Origin: the human T2T-CHM13v2.0 reference genome, Homo sapiens
DNA length: 64,000 nt
Reading direction: 5' to 3' (one strand)
Assembly (NCBI RefSeq): GCF_009914755.1
Contig: NC_060930.1
Both the position numbers and the translations under genes were made by a program. Shown piece by piece: positions 1 through 25,039 of the stretch (position 1 is the first letter of the stretch; every line of letters starts with the position of its first letter). Below the pieces are notes generated by a model, which was not told the origin of the DNA, ran no database searches, and saw only the letters and a program-made list of their open reading frames with translations.

Positions 1-1040
1 GCCTGTTCTTTCTTCTAGAAGCTTCGACCCAGTGGGGCACCTGTCAGATGCCAGCCAGAGCTCTCCTGTATCAGGTGTCTGTCGGTCCAAGCTAGAAGGT
101 ATCTCCCAGTCAGTATACATGGGGATCAGGGACCCACTTGAGGAGGCAGACTGACCCTTAGCAGAGCTTCAATACCGTGCTGGGAGGTCCACTGCTCTCT
201 TCAGAGCCATCAGGCAGGGACGTTTAAGTCTGCTATAAGCCCCCGACTGGGGTTGCTGCCTTTTTTACAGAGATGCCCTGTCCAGAGAGGAGCAATCTGG
301 CAGTCTGGCCACAGCAGCCTTGCTGAGCTGCAGTGAGCTCTGCCCAGTTTGAACTTCCCAGCAGCTTTGTTTATACTGTGGCCATAAAACCATCTACTCA
401 AGCCTCAGCAATGGTGGACGTCTCTTCCACCACCAAGCTCAATCATCCCAGGTGAATCTCAGATTGCTGCTGTGCTGGCAGCAAGAATTTCAAGCCAGTG
501 GATCTTAGTTTCCTGGGCTCCATGGACGTGGGACCAGCCAAGCCAGACCACTTGGCTCCCTGGCTTCAGCCCCTCTTTCCAGGGGAGTGAACGGTTCTGT
601 CTCGCTGGTGTTCCAGGCGCCACTGGGGTATGGAAAAAAGAAAAAAAGCTCCTACAGCTAGTTCAGTGTCTGCCCAATTGGCCACCCAGTTTTGTGCTTG
701 AAACCCAGGGCCCTGGTGGGGTAGTCACTGGAGGGAATCTCCTGGTTTGTGGGTTTCGAAGACTGTGGGACAAGTGCAGTATCTGTGCTGGAGTTCCTCA
801 GGCTCAGACCCTCATGGCTTCCCTTGGGTAGAGGGGAAAATTCCCCGACCCCTTGCACTTCCCAGGTGAGGTGATGCCCCACCCTGCTTCGGCTTGCCCT
901 CCGTGGGCTGCACCCACTGTCCAACCAGTCCCAGTGAGATGAACCGTGTGCCTCAGTTGGAAATGCAGAAATCACCCACCTTCTGCCTCGATCTCGCTGG
1001 GAGCTGCAGACTGGTGCTGTTCCTATTCGGCCATCTTGAA
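1..1040 (-). mobile_element. L1PA (PA7/8-like) 5'UTR; the element continues beyond the window start
   Basis: Reverse complement of the L1 start caagatggccgaataggaacagc at ~1016-1038; similar to the 5'UTR at 16215. Confidence 0.85.
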
Positions 1041-1236
1041 TCTTGCCTGTTCATTTTTAATTTTTTCTTTCAGTGTATTTTCCTCTCAGTTCAGGCTGGA
1101 AAATTTCAATTGCTCTATCTTTGAGTTCACTGATTGTTTCTTTTGTCATATTCATTCTGTTATTGAATCCATCCAGTGAGTTTTCATTTTGGTTATTTTA
1201 TTTTCCAGCTATAAAATTTCCATTTGCTTCTTTCTT

Positions 1237-3058
<1,822 letters not shown>

Positions 3059-3551
3059 TGCTTCTTTCTTATATTTTATATTTGTTGCTAAGATGTTCCA
3101 TTAAAAATAATTTCGAAGTTATTCATAATTGCTTGTTGGAACATTTTTTATGATAGCTGCTGCAAAATACTTGTGAGATAATTGCAATACCTGTGTCATC
3201 TTGGTGTTGACACTGTTTGAATTTTCTTATTTAGATTTTTGTGGTTCTTGATAATGACAGGTGATTTTTTGTTTATATGTTGGACATTTTGAATATGGTG
3301 CATTGAGGCCTGGTTTCTATTTAACGTTTCTGTTTTAGTAGGCAGTCAACTTGTTTAGGTTCAGAACACATGTCTTGACCCATGTTTATGGGCCATGATG
3401 CAAATGTTAATTTAGTGTTCAAAGTCTTTATGGTGCTATTCTGGCTTGTCCTACTTGTGTGCTACTTAGAGGTCAATCTGAAGCCTGGTGATGTTTCACA
3501 TCACTGTTAAGTTCTCAGGTTTTGTGGATGTCATTTCTGATCAGTTTTTAA

Positions 3552-4107
<556 letters not shown>

Positions 4108-4814
4108 TAATCTTACCAGCCCCACATACTTTAGTTGGGATAGAGAAGAAACTGCCTTGTGATTGCAGGGCAGGGGTTCTGCACCCTGTCTCTACAGCTG
4201 CTGCACCAGATACCTTTTGATTCAGAAATTACTTTTTTGGAAATTTAACTTCAGGAAAAATTTAGATAAATGTGTAAAGAGACATACATTTACTGTAGTG
4301 TTGGTTTAAATGAAAAGATAAAGTCCACCTACAGGGGAGTGTTTAAATAAATTATGCACTGATTAAATATTATATAGATACATATTATTATGGAAAAATT
4401 TTCATGGTATATTGAGTGAAAAGATGCAGGTATGTAAGTTTGAAATCTACTTGGAAAAATGAATTATCTATCTGTATGTATACTCAGGCATTGAAGAAAG
4501 TTAATGATTTAACTTAAATATTAATAGCAGAGTCATTTTAAGGGATGAGGATGGTTATAGTAATTTTCACTTCCCTCTTTTTTTTTTTTACATTTTTTAG
4601 TATTGTATGTTTTTAAATGACCATGCCTTGCTTTGTATTCAAAATAAATTACAAACTCTAATTTGAACAAATCAGATCTAGTCACTTATCTGATGACCAG
4701 TACAGTTTTAATCTTAATAAGTCTTCTATTGCCAGTCATTTGATTCTTGTATCTTATGCTGTCCTGCCTGAGAGTAGTCCTACCAAAACCAGTTTTATCT
4801 GAGGTTTTTCTTTT

Positions 4815-4855
<41 letters not shown>

Positions 4856-5905
4856 GCTTTCCTGTAGAGGAGAAGGATTGAGACATGACCTTTGGTGAAA
4901 CTGAAGCTATAACTTGAATAATATTCGTTAATCTGGGGAGAATAAAATTTTGAAAGAAGAAATTTAATTTTGATGCTCTTCTTTAAAACCAAGGGCTCCA
5001 CATTGTCTGTAAGATAAATAATTAAAGCTTTATTTACTATGGCATTCAAGGGACTTCTCAATTGGGCCCCAATCTACTTTTCTGATATCATTTCTGATAC
5101 TACTTTTCACTTATAGTCCAGCAAGGCCTGTCCACTCACTCTCGTTAGACCCTTCATGCTGTCCTACCTCTGGGCATTGGCTCATATTCACTCCTTGGAA
5201 TAGACTTGATTTCACCTTTTAAAATCCACTTTTATTTGCTTCATCTAACTTATGACTTCTTCAAAGCAGATCAAATATCATCTTTTTGTGAAGTATCCCA
5301 GCACTCTATTAGGGTGAAATTATCATTCCTCCTGTAATATTTTGTTCCTAAGCTGTTTGTTACTGTATATGATAGTTGTTTACTTTTTTCCTCTTAAGAC
5401 TGAGATTCTTTCAGTAATTTTTGAATGATTTTCATGAACCAGCTAAGCTTAACTCTGGAGAAACAAAGACGAAAAACATCTGGTTTCTCACCTCCAGGTG
5501 CACAGAATCTAGTAAAGCGGGTAAACGTATAAACAGAGAATAATTGAGGTATATAAAAGTGGTTTGGGAACTGTGTGGAGGGCAGTCTCCCTTAGTAGGT
5601 GTTTAGGAAGACTTTACAAATGAGATGACATTTGACCTGAATCGCAAATAAGTAGGAGCTTGTCGGATGGATAAAAGGTAGAATGTGAGTCCTTTTAACA
5701 CCTAGTCAAAAGTGATTGGATGGTGGTTAGTTTTAATGTAATTTTTCTTATTTAGTGTATGAAGATGTCCATAAGTTACAAAGCAGTGTGGTTTCATCAG
5801 AATTGCCACTGGACCACAGGGTACTTCATATGATAAAGAAGATGTTTCTTTCCACAGTCATTCAGTCCACCATTGAATAGATCTGAAAGGTGTAAAGTTC
5901 ACTGA

Positions 5906-6232
<327 letters not shown>

Positions 6233-6626
6233 CATTTTTTTCTTTTCAACTTTTCTTAGGCTGGACAGACACATTTCAGTGATTGGCAAAGCACCTCATT
6301 AAACTTGGCTGCTATAATTTTTCTTCTTTTTTCATCTCATTTTCTATTCTCTCATTTTATTTTTGCCTTTGTTTAATCTACTCTTTGTTGGTTTGGAAGT
6401 TCCTTCTGTTTTTAGCTGATAAAAATCTACGACTAATCTCAGATAATTTTATTATTTTTCGTTAGTCATTTTGCTATTCAGGGGTGTTTTCTTTTTTTAA
6501 AAAAATAGACTTAATAGACTTAAATAGATAGTTATTATTTGGAATGGACTACATCCAAACAATTATGAGGAACAATTGTGAGGAACTCAGTTCCAGAAAC
6601 TTTTGTATCCAGTAACTGATAAATAG

Positions 6627-7461
<835 letters not shown>

Positions 7462-7764
7462 TTACTATTTATTTCTAAACACATTGCAGAACATGGAATT
7501 TAGGGAGGACAAATTTTGATGAATCAAATAGGTATAGTGATATGGGTAGAAGATTGGTTTACTTTATCATAATTCCTTAAATACATATTGTGTACTTGAT
7601 TAATGAAATGTTAAAAATAAATGCTTAGATATCATTTGACATTAAATAACTCAATCACTAAGCATGAACTCCATATTTAAAAACTTTATAAAATTTTCAG
7701 AGCTCACACAGACAAAATTCCTTATTGTCATGATCACTACGTATAAGTTTGAGTTCTTTCTTAC

Positions 7765-8110
7765 TTTTTTTTTTTGAGACAGAGTTTTGCTCTTGTCGCC
7801 CAGGCTGGAGTGCAATGGCGTGACTTCGACTCACTGCAACCTCTGTCTCCTGAGTTCAAGCGATTCTTCTGCCTCAGCCTCCCGAAGTAGCTGGGATTAC
7901 AGGTGCCCGCCACCACACCCAGCTAATTTTTTTGTATTTTTAGTTGAGACGGGGTTTTACCATATTGGCCAGACTGGTCTGAACTCCTTATCTCAGGTGA
8001 TCCACCTTATCTCAGGCGCCCCCCGCGATGCGGGGAGTGAGAGCCAGCCCCTCTTCCCTTGGGCCTCCCAAAGTGCTGGGACTACAGGCATGAGCCACAA
8101 AGCCCAGCCC
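7765..8110 (-). mobile_element. AluS carrying an internal foreign insertion
   Basis: Alu consensus interrupted at 8005-8058. Confidence 0.88.
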
Positions 8111-8217
8111 TTTCTTACTCTTCATTACATTGTTGAGTATAGTATTAACTATCCTATCAACTGACATTTATATTGCCATTTAATCCAGTTTGATAATTTT
8201 TATTTTTAAAATGTGGC

Positions 8218-11200
8218 ATTTCTTGTCCAACAGGAAAATATCACAATCCTAAATATATATGCACCTAACACTGGCGCTCCCAAATTTATAAAACAATTAC
8301 TACTAGACCTAAGAAATGATATACACAGCAACACAATACTAGTGGGGGACTTTAATACGCCACTGACAGCACTAGACAGATCATTAAGACAGAAAGCCAA
8401 CAAAAAAACAATGAATTTAAACTATGCCCTGGAACAAATAGACTTAACAGATATATACAGAACATTTTACCCAACAACTGCAGAATATACGTTCAATTCT
8501 TCAGCACATGGAACTTTCTCCAGGATAGACCACATGATAGAGCACAAAACAAGTCTCAATAAATTTAAGAAAACTGAAATTATGTTAAGCACTGTCTCAG
8601 ACCACAGTGAAATAAAACTGGAAATCAGCTCCAAAAGGAACCTTTAAAACCACGCAAATACATGGAAATTAAATAACCTGCTCCTGAATGATCATTGGGT
8701 CAACAATGAAATCAAGATGAAAATTAAAAAATTATTCAAGCTGAATAACAATAGTGACATGACCTACAAAAACCTCTGGGATACAGCAAAGGCGGTGCTA
8801 AGAGGAAAGTTCTTAGCCCTATATGCCTACATCAGGAAGTCTGAAAGAGCACAAATAGACAACCTAAGGTCACACCTCAAGGAACTAGAGAAACAAGAAC
8901 CAAGCCCAAAGCCAGCAGAAGAAAGGAAATAACCCAGATCAGAGCAGAGCTAAATGAAATTGAAACAAAAAAATACAGAAGTGAAACAAAAAGCTGGTTC
9001 TTTGAAAAGATAAATAAACTTGATAGACCATTGGCAAGATTAACCAAGAAGAGAGAAAATCCAAAGAAGCTCAAGTAGACATGAAATGGGAGATAGTACA
9101 ACTGACACCACAGAAATACAAAAGATCATTTGAGGCTACTATGAACACCTTTATGTGCATAAACTAGAAAACCTGGAGGAGATCGATACATTCCTGGGAA
9201 GAGAAAACCCTCCTACCTTAAATCAGGAAGAATTAGATACCCTGAACAGACCAATAACAAGCAGCAAGATTGAAATGGTAATAAAAAAATTACAAAAAAA
9301 AAAGTCCAGGGCCAGACGGATTCACAACTGAGTTCTACCAGACATTCAAAGAAGAATTGGTACCAATCCTATTGACACTATTCCACAAGATAGAGAAAGA
9401 AGGAATCCTCCCTAAATCATTTTATGAAGCCAGTATCATCCTAATACCAAAGCCAGGAAAGAACAAAAGAACATAACAACAACAAAAAAGAAAACTGAAG
9501 ACCAATATCCCTGATGAACATAGATGCAAAAATCCTTAACAAGATACCAGCTAACCAAATCCAACAACATATCAAAAAGATAATCCACCATGATCAAGTG
9601 GGTTTCATAGCAGGGATGCAGGGATGGTCTAACATATGCACGTCAATAAATGTAATACACCACATAAACAATTAAAAACAAAAATCACATGATCATCTCA
9701 ATAGACACAGAAAAAGCATTTGACAAAATGCAGCATCCTTTTATGATTAAAACTCTCAGCAAAATCAGCCTACAAGGGACATACCTCAATGTAATAAAAA
9801 CCATGTATGATAAACGCACAGCCAACATAATACTGAATGGGGAAAAGTTGAAAGCATTCCCTCTGAGAATTGGAACAAGACAAGGATGCCCACTTTCACC
9901 ACTTCAACATAGTACTGGAAGTCCTAGCCAGAGCAATCAGACAAGAGAAAGAATAAAGGCATCCAAGTTGGTAAAGAGGAAGTCAAACTGTCACTGTTTG
10001 CTGATGATATGATTGTATACCTGGAAAACCCAGAAGACTCCTCCAAGAAGCTCCTAGAACTGATAAAATAATTCAGCAAATTTCCTGGATACAAAATTAA
10101 TGTACACAAATCAGTAGCTCTCCTGTACACCAACAGTGACCAAGCTGAGAATCAAATCAAGAACTCAACCACTTTTTACAATAGCTGCAACAAACAAACA
10201 AACAAATCACACAATCAAAAAAACTTAGGAATATACCTAACCAAGGAGGTGAAAGACCTCTACAAGGAAAACTACAAAACACTGCTGAAAACAATCATAG
10301 ATGACACAAACAAATGGAAACACACCCCATGCTCGTGGATGGGTAGAATCAATATTGTGAAAATGACCATACTGCCAAAAGCAATCTACAAATTCAGTGC
10401 AATTCCCATATAAATACCAGCATCATTCTTCACAGAACTAGAAAAAAAAATCCTAAAATTCATATGGAACCAAAGAAGAGCCCAAATAGCCAAAGCAAGG
10501 CTAAGGGAAAAGAACAAATCTGGAGGCATCACATTACCTGATTTCAAACTATACTGTAAGGCCATAGTCACCAAAACAGGATAGTACTGGTATAAAAATA
10601 GGGACAAAGACCAATGGAACAGAATAGAGAACCCAGAAATAAACCCAAATACTTACAGCCAGCTGATCTTTGACAAAGAAAACAAAAACATAAAGTGGGT
10701 AAAGGACACCCTATTCAACAAATGGTGCTAGGATAATTGGCAAGCCACATGTAGGAGAATGAAACTGGATCCTCATCTCTCACCTTATACAAAAATCAAC
10801 TCAAGAAGGACTAAGGACTTAAATCTAAGACCTGAAACTATAAAAATTCTAGAAGGTAACATTGGAAAAACCCTTGTAGACATTGGCTTAGGCAAGGATT
10901 TCATGACCAAGAACCAAAAGCAAATGCAATAAAAACAAAGATAAATAGCTGGGACTTAATTTAAGAGCTTTTGCATGGCAAAGGGAATAGTCAGCAGAGT
11001 AAACAGACAACCCACAGAGTGGGAGAAAATCTTCACAATCTATACATCTGACAAAGGACTAATATCCAGAATCTACAACAAACTCAAGCAAATTAGCAAG
11101 AAAGAAAGAAACAATCTCATCAAAAATTGAGCTAAGGACATGAACAGACAATTCTCAAAAGAAGATATACAAATGGCCAACAAACATATGAAGAAATGCT

Positions 11201-12522
11201 CAGCATCACTAAGGATCAGGGAAATGCAAATCAAAACCACAGTGTGATACCACCTTACTCCTGCTTCTCTGAATCAGGGTTTTTCTAAAGAAATCTTTCA
11301 GAATCAGCAAAAGTGGGGATGACCCAGGCATCTTGATTTGCAAAGTCACAAAACTAAGTTGTCAATTATCACTGTAGATGAGCAACTCATCTTTTTAAAG
11401 TATAGTTACTGAACTGATTCTGAGAAATCTTTAGAGAGAAAAAACTCAACAGTACAAATTAACTAATTGGGAAAGTTAGAATGTCCTTTCTGAATTTTTC
11501 ATTAAAAAATTACATTATCTGAAATAACATACAGCTACTAAACTGCTTTGTATTCTATTAAGAAATAGCTCCTAAAGATGTAGTCTTGTTTCATAGTTGT
11601 AAGCCCAATTCTTCTCTGTATAGAAAGGAAACATTGTGTACTTAATGAATTATTTATACAGAGCATTTGTTGCCAACTGTTGTTCCAGCTATCTACACAG
11701 GAGTCTGTTCTGAGGTGGCAATAGCACATGGGAAGATGAACTTTCCCTGTTTGTTTACCCGTTTTTCTTTGGCTGTATCTGATGACAGTATAAGATGTTC
11801 TTAATAAAGTTTTATGTTCTTTTTGAAAAAAAAATCAGAAAATAATAGAGGTTGGCATAGATGCGGTGAACAGGGAACACTTCTACACTGCTGGTGGGAA
11901 TGTAAACTAGTACAACCACTATAGAAAACAGTTTGGAGATTCCTTAAAGAACTAGAAGTAGAACTACCATTCAATCGAGCAATGCCACTAGTGGGTATCT
12001 ACCCAGAGCAAAATAAGTCATTATACAAAAAAGATACTTGCACATGCATGTTTATAGCAGCACAAGTTACAACTGCAAAAATGTGGAACCAACCCAAATA
12101 CCCATCAGTCAACGAATAGACAAGGAAACTATGGCATATATATATGGTGGAATACTACTCAGCCATAAAAAGGAATGAATTAATGGCATTTGCAGCAATC
12201 TGGATGGGATTGGACACTATTCTAAGTGAAGTAACTCAGGAATGGAAAACCAAACATCATATGTTCTCACTCATAAGTGGGAACTAAACTATGAGGATGC
12301 AAAGCCATAAGAATGATATTGGGGACTCAGTGGGAAAGGGTGGGAAGGGAGTGAGGGATAAAAGACTACAAATTGGGTTCACTGTATACTGCTTGGGTGA
12401 TGGGTGCATCAAAGTCTCACAAATCACCGCTAAAGAACTTACTAGTGTAACCAAATACCACCTGTCCCCCTAAAACCTATGGAAATAATAAATAAATAAA
12501 TAAAAACTTAAGTAAAAACAAA
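8218..12522 (+). mobile_element. 5'-truncated L1PB (L1PB1-like), ORF2 plus 3'UTR
   Basis: ORF2 EN/RT fragments (ILNIYAPNTGAP...ILVGDFNTPL); L1PB-type 3' end; TSD taaaatgtggc at 8207-8217 and 12523-12533. Confidence 0.88.
11265..11834 (+). other. Non-L1 polyadenylated insert (retrocopied 3'UTR-like fragment) inside the L1PB
   Basis: L1 sequence stops at ...ccttactcctgc and resumes at tcagaaaataatag; the insert has AATAAA at 11803-11808 and A9 at 11826-11834. Confidence 0.75.
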
Positions 12523-12658
12523 TAAAATGTGGCCATTTAGTCCATTTATAATTAATGGAATTATTGATTGATATATATGGGTCTAAGATTATTTTATTGC
12601 TCGTTTTCTATTTTTTCACCTGTTTTGTATTATATGTTTTCTTATGTTTTTGGCCTCC

Positions 12659-12949
12659 TATTTGTTTATTGAGACCGCATCTGGCTCTGTTACCCAGGCT
12701 GGTGTGCAGTGGTGTGGTCTCTCTTGCAACCTCCACCTCCCAGGCTCAAGTCATCCTGCCACCTCAGCCTCCCGAGTAGCTGGGGCTACAGGTGCACACC
12801 AACATGCTCAGCTAATTTTTGTATTTTTTGTAGAGATGGGGTTTTGCTATGTTGCTTGGGCTGGCCTTGAACTCTTGGGCTCAAGGAATCCACTCGCCTC
12901 TGCCTCCCAAAGTGCCAGGATTATAGGCATGAGCCACTGCATCTGGCCT
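12659..12949 (-). mobile_element. AluJ
   Basis: Diverged Alu consensus. Confidence 0.85.
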
Positions 12950-13079
12950 CTTGGCCTCCTTTTGGAATGATTTTTATAAATTATTCTATGATCAGCCTTT
13001 GTTAGTTTTGTATTATGCATTTTAAATTGTTATTGTTGTTACTTAGAAAATACAAATATATCCCTGATGTGAGTACTTT

Positions 13080-13602
13080 ATTTTAAAATTTATATATTTA
13101 AACTGACAAATAAAAATTGTATACAATTATCATGTATAACATGATGTCTTGAAATACGTATACATCACAGAATGCTAAATCATGCTAATTAACATATATC
13201 AGCTCATATACTTATCCTTTTTTTATGATGAGAACACTTAAAATCTACTCAGTGATTTTTCAAGAATACAATAATGTTGTTTTAACTATAGTCTCCATGT
13301 TATAAAATAGATATTCTGACTTCCTTATTTATTCTATGAAACTAAATTTTGTATCCTTTGACAAACAACTCCCCAATTCCCCCATTTTCTGTCCCCCATT
13401 TCCCTGCTCCCAGTACCTGGTAACCACCATTCTACTCTCTGCTTCTTCGTTCAACTTTTTAAGATTCCACATATAAGTGAGATCATGTGGTATTTATCTT
13501 TCTGTGCCTTACATTTCACTTAACATAATGTCCTCCAGGTTCATCCATGTTGTCACAAATGACAGAATTTCCTTGTTTTTTAAAAGCTGAATAGTATTCC
13601 AC

Positions 13603-13670
<68 letters not shown>

Positions 13671-13686
13671 ATTTTCTTTATCCATT
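13080..13686 (-). mobile_element. L1MA 3' end containing a (TA)n microsatellite (13615-13667)
   Basis: ccacatataagtgagatcatg...ttcatccatgttgtcacaaatgacagaattt motifs. Confidence 0.8.
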
Positions 13687-13687
13687 T

Positions 13688-14290
13688 GATGCAGGACAGA
13701 CATGCCCCAAAATTAGAGCTTAGCCCAGGAAAGTTCTTGACTTTGCCCAGGAATGAATTCAAGGGCAAGCCAGTGGTTTTAGACAGCAATCTTTTATTGA
13801 ACTTTATTGCTCCTTGCAGAGCAGGGCTAACTCATAGATAATGTGCCAAGTTGGCAATGAATGGACTGTTGGCAACTCTATACCCACTTATACCCACTTT
13901 CAATCATATGCCAATCAGTGGTGGGTTAATGCAAATTGAGGAGTAGTTTATTTAAAGCTTTCTAGGAAAGGGGTGGTAACTTCTCGGTCATTGTCATGGG
14001 AAGGGGCAATAACTTCTGGGTCCTTACCATGGCATTTGAAAACCGTCATGGTGCTGGTGTCTTATACTAATGAGTAGTGGGGGCAACTAGGGATTGCTTT
14101 TGTTACCATCTGCTAGTTTCTGCTGTTTTTTTCACTTATCCTGTCAGTACTAGGAAATAAGTCCTGCCAGTCTCCTACCTCATTCCCCCCTCAGATATTA
14201 GATACTCCTCCTTAATCTTAAGGGGGCTGAAGAAGGGTGGAGGTCCATCTTCTGTAACTGCTTCCTGCTGATTTTATGGGCATAGGCCCT
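13688..14290 (-). mobile_element. ERV1 (MER4-group-like) LTR plus short internal piece
   Basis: TG...CA ends (tgatgcagg...cctacctca, ending ~14182) followed by ttcccccc, the reverse complement of a polypurine tract. Confidence 0.65.
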
Positions 14291-14713
14291 GATATGGTTT
14301 GGATTTGTGTCCCTGCCCAAATCTTATGTCAAATTTTAATCCCCAATGTCGGAGGAGGGGCCTGGTGGGAGGTGATTGGATCAAGGGGGTGGAGTTCCCC
14401 TTTGCCATTCTTATGATACTGAGTTCTCACGAGATCTGGTTGTTTAAAAGTGTGCAGCACCTCCCCCTTCTCTCTCTTCCTCCTGCTCCAGCCATGTAAG
14501 ATATTGCCTGATTCCCCTTCACATTCCATCATGATTGTAAGTTTCCTGAGGCCTCCCCAGAACATGTACAGCCTGCAGAACTGTGAGCCAATTAAACCTC
14601 TTTTCTTTATAAATTACCCAGTTTCAGGCATTTCTTTATAGCAATGTGAGAACGGACTAACACAGAAAATTGGTACTGGGAAGTGGGGCATTGCTATAAA
14701 GATACCTGAAAAT
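14291..14713 (+). mobile_element. MaLR MST-type LTR plus start of internal sequence
   Basis: tgatatggtttgg...aactgtgagccaattaaacctcttttctttataaattaccc...actaacaca, then gaaaattggtac. Confidence 0.85.
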
Positions 14714-14749
14714 ATAAATCTTAAACTATGAACTTTGGGTGATAATAAC

Positions 14750-16200
<1,451 letters not shown>

Positions 16201-16204
16201 AATA

Positions 16205-22118
<5,914 letters not shown>

Positions 22119-23249
22119 GAAAGAAAGAATATCATTAAAATTAATAAAAGAAATTATTCTCCTGGAAAAAGCTGGATTCTATACACACAGAACAAATACT
22201 AAAAATGCATAAATGTAAATTGTATGAAGCAAAATTGTATCTCTTTACACAGTATACTAAGAAATCCAAGAAATGGCCAGAAAATTATTAGTAATGATAT
22301 GAGAGTCTGATGTCACATTAATCAAGATAAATACAAAGATTACTTTTCTCTACACTTGTTAAAATTAATTAAAAAAATGTAAAAATCACACTTACAATGA
22401 CAACAAAACATTATAGGTACCTAGGAGTAAATATAACAAGAACTAATATGAAGAAGTCTGTAAACTTTTCAGAAAGCACCAATTGTAAAGTCTTGTGAAA
22501 GCACCAATATGAAGACCTAAACCAATGAAGACTCATACAACATTTCTGGGTGAAGTGACTTCAGTAATAACAATAATGTCAAATATCTCCAAATAGTTAA
22601 CTCATTTTCAGCCAGAATGCTATTTTTTTTAGAGGGGAGTCAGGTAAAATTAAAGTTCATGTGGTGGAACATATTCCAAAAGAGCCAAGAAAACAAAGAA
22701 CAAAGAGCAGAATGAGACATGCTTAATAGATACTCAAACTTTCTATATACCCTGTATAATCAAAGCAGTATGATATGACGTTTTTATCCTAATTGCCTCA
22801 CTTTACAAAATTGTAATATTACCAATATACTGTATATCTGCTTGTGTATTTTATTGTCTATATATCTGCTTATGTACTTTATACATAAGCTGATAAGCAA
22901 CTTCAGCAAAGTCTTAGGATACTGAACATCTGTGATTTATACCTGAAAAGAATAAATCGCAATAAATCATTGGATTTCTTGATCCACCCAGAACTCGTTT
23001 TTGACCCTTGGAGGGCAATGTGGCCCCTGTTGAGAATGCATGATTTAGGGGAAAAAGAATAATTGATTCTACAAATGCTACTGATATAATTTGATATCTG
23101 TCAAGAAGGAAAAAAAGTGAAACCTCTGTTCACACCATAAACAAAATGGATTAAATATTTAATTGAAGAGAAATAGAAAATAAAAATTATAAAAGAGAAA
23201 AAAATTAAGTGACTATAAATATGTGTACCATAGTAGTCAAGGAGACCAT

Positions 23250-23910
23250 TTATTTATTTATTTATTTATTTATTTTATTTTATTTTTTCAACTTTATTTT
23301 AGATTCAGCAAGTACATGTGGAGGTTTGTTACCTGTGAGTATTGTATAATGCTGAGGTTTGGAATATGAATGATCCTGTCACTCAGGTAGTGAGCATAGT
23401 AGCCAATAGGTAGATTTTCAACCCTCATCCTCCTCTCTTCTTCCCCTCTCTTCTTGTCTCCAGTATCTATTGTTCCCATCTTTATGTTCATGTGTACCCA
23501 ATGTTTAGCTCCCACTTGTGAGAACAAGCTGTATTTGGTTTTGTTTCTGTGTTAATTAGCATAGGATAATGGCCTCCAGCTGCATCTGTGTGGCTGCAAA
23601 GGACATTTCATTCTTGTTAATGGCTGGGTAGTATTCCATGGTATATATGTACCACATTTCTTTATCCAGTCCACTACTGATGGGCACCTAAGTTGATTCC
23701 GTGTCTTTGCTATTGTGAATAGCACTGCGATGAACATATGAACGCACCTGTCTTTTTGGTAGAATAATTTTTCTTTGAGTGTTATATATATATATATGTA
23801 ATGGGATTGCTGGGCCAAATGGTAGTTCTTTTAGTTATTTGAGAAATATCCAAACTGCTTTCCACAGTGGCTGAACTAACTTACATTCTCATTAATCATG
23901 TATATGCATT
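23250..23910 (-). mobile_element. L1PA15/L1PB-like 3' end with (TTTA)n tail
   Basis: L1 3'UTR and ORF2 C-terminal motifs. Confidence 0.8.
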
Positions 23911-24468
23911 CCAAAGAGACCCTTTAGAAAGCCCAGAAGTTTCCGAGGATAAGGCAGACATATTTGACTAGATGAAATATATTTTTGTATAGTAAAATGT
24001 ACCTTCATTTAATCTACTTCATGTCAGTTAACAAATCTTTGATGAGCATCTACTATGTGCGAGGCACTTTTCTAAGCATGGAGATTCAGCAGTGAACAAA
24101 GTCCCTTAGAGTTTACATTCTTGTGGGGCAGAAAGTCAATAAACAAAAATAAATATATGATGTCAGGTGATAAATGCTGGTAATAAAGATACATCAGGGC
24201 AAAGAGATAGAGAATGGGGGGTACTGTTTTACTTAGGGTAGTCAAATTTAAGCATATTTCTTAAAATAATTGAGTAGTGCATATGTTTGAGGGGGAGTGT
24301 TCAGGCTGATTCTGAAGCAAGAACATGCTTGGCAGGCATGAGGAGAAATGAGGAGGCCAGTGTGGCTGCATCAATGGAAGGGAGATGGAGAGTGGGTGAT
24401 GAGGCTAGAGGAGAAGCCAGAAGCTAGATACTGTAAGGCCTTCAAGGCCAGGATAAGAACTTTCATGA

Positions 24469-24778
<310 letters not shown>

Positions 24779-25039
24779 ACTTTGCAATTTTTACGCTGAT
24801 GGGGGTTGGTCTTTGGAGAGTTTTGAGTAGAGAAGTGACTTCATCTGATTTATATTTTGAAAGCACGATTCCGTTGGGAGTGGGGAGTGGGATTGGGAAG
24901 CTCAGTTTGGAAGCAGGCACAGCAATGCAGGTGAGGTATGGCGATGGTTTGGACTTCTTGATGAAGGAGATGAGTAGTAGTCAGATTCAAGATATAATTT
25001 TAGGGTACAGGTTGATGAATTGGATGTAGAGAAAGAATG

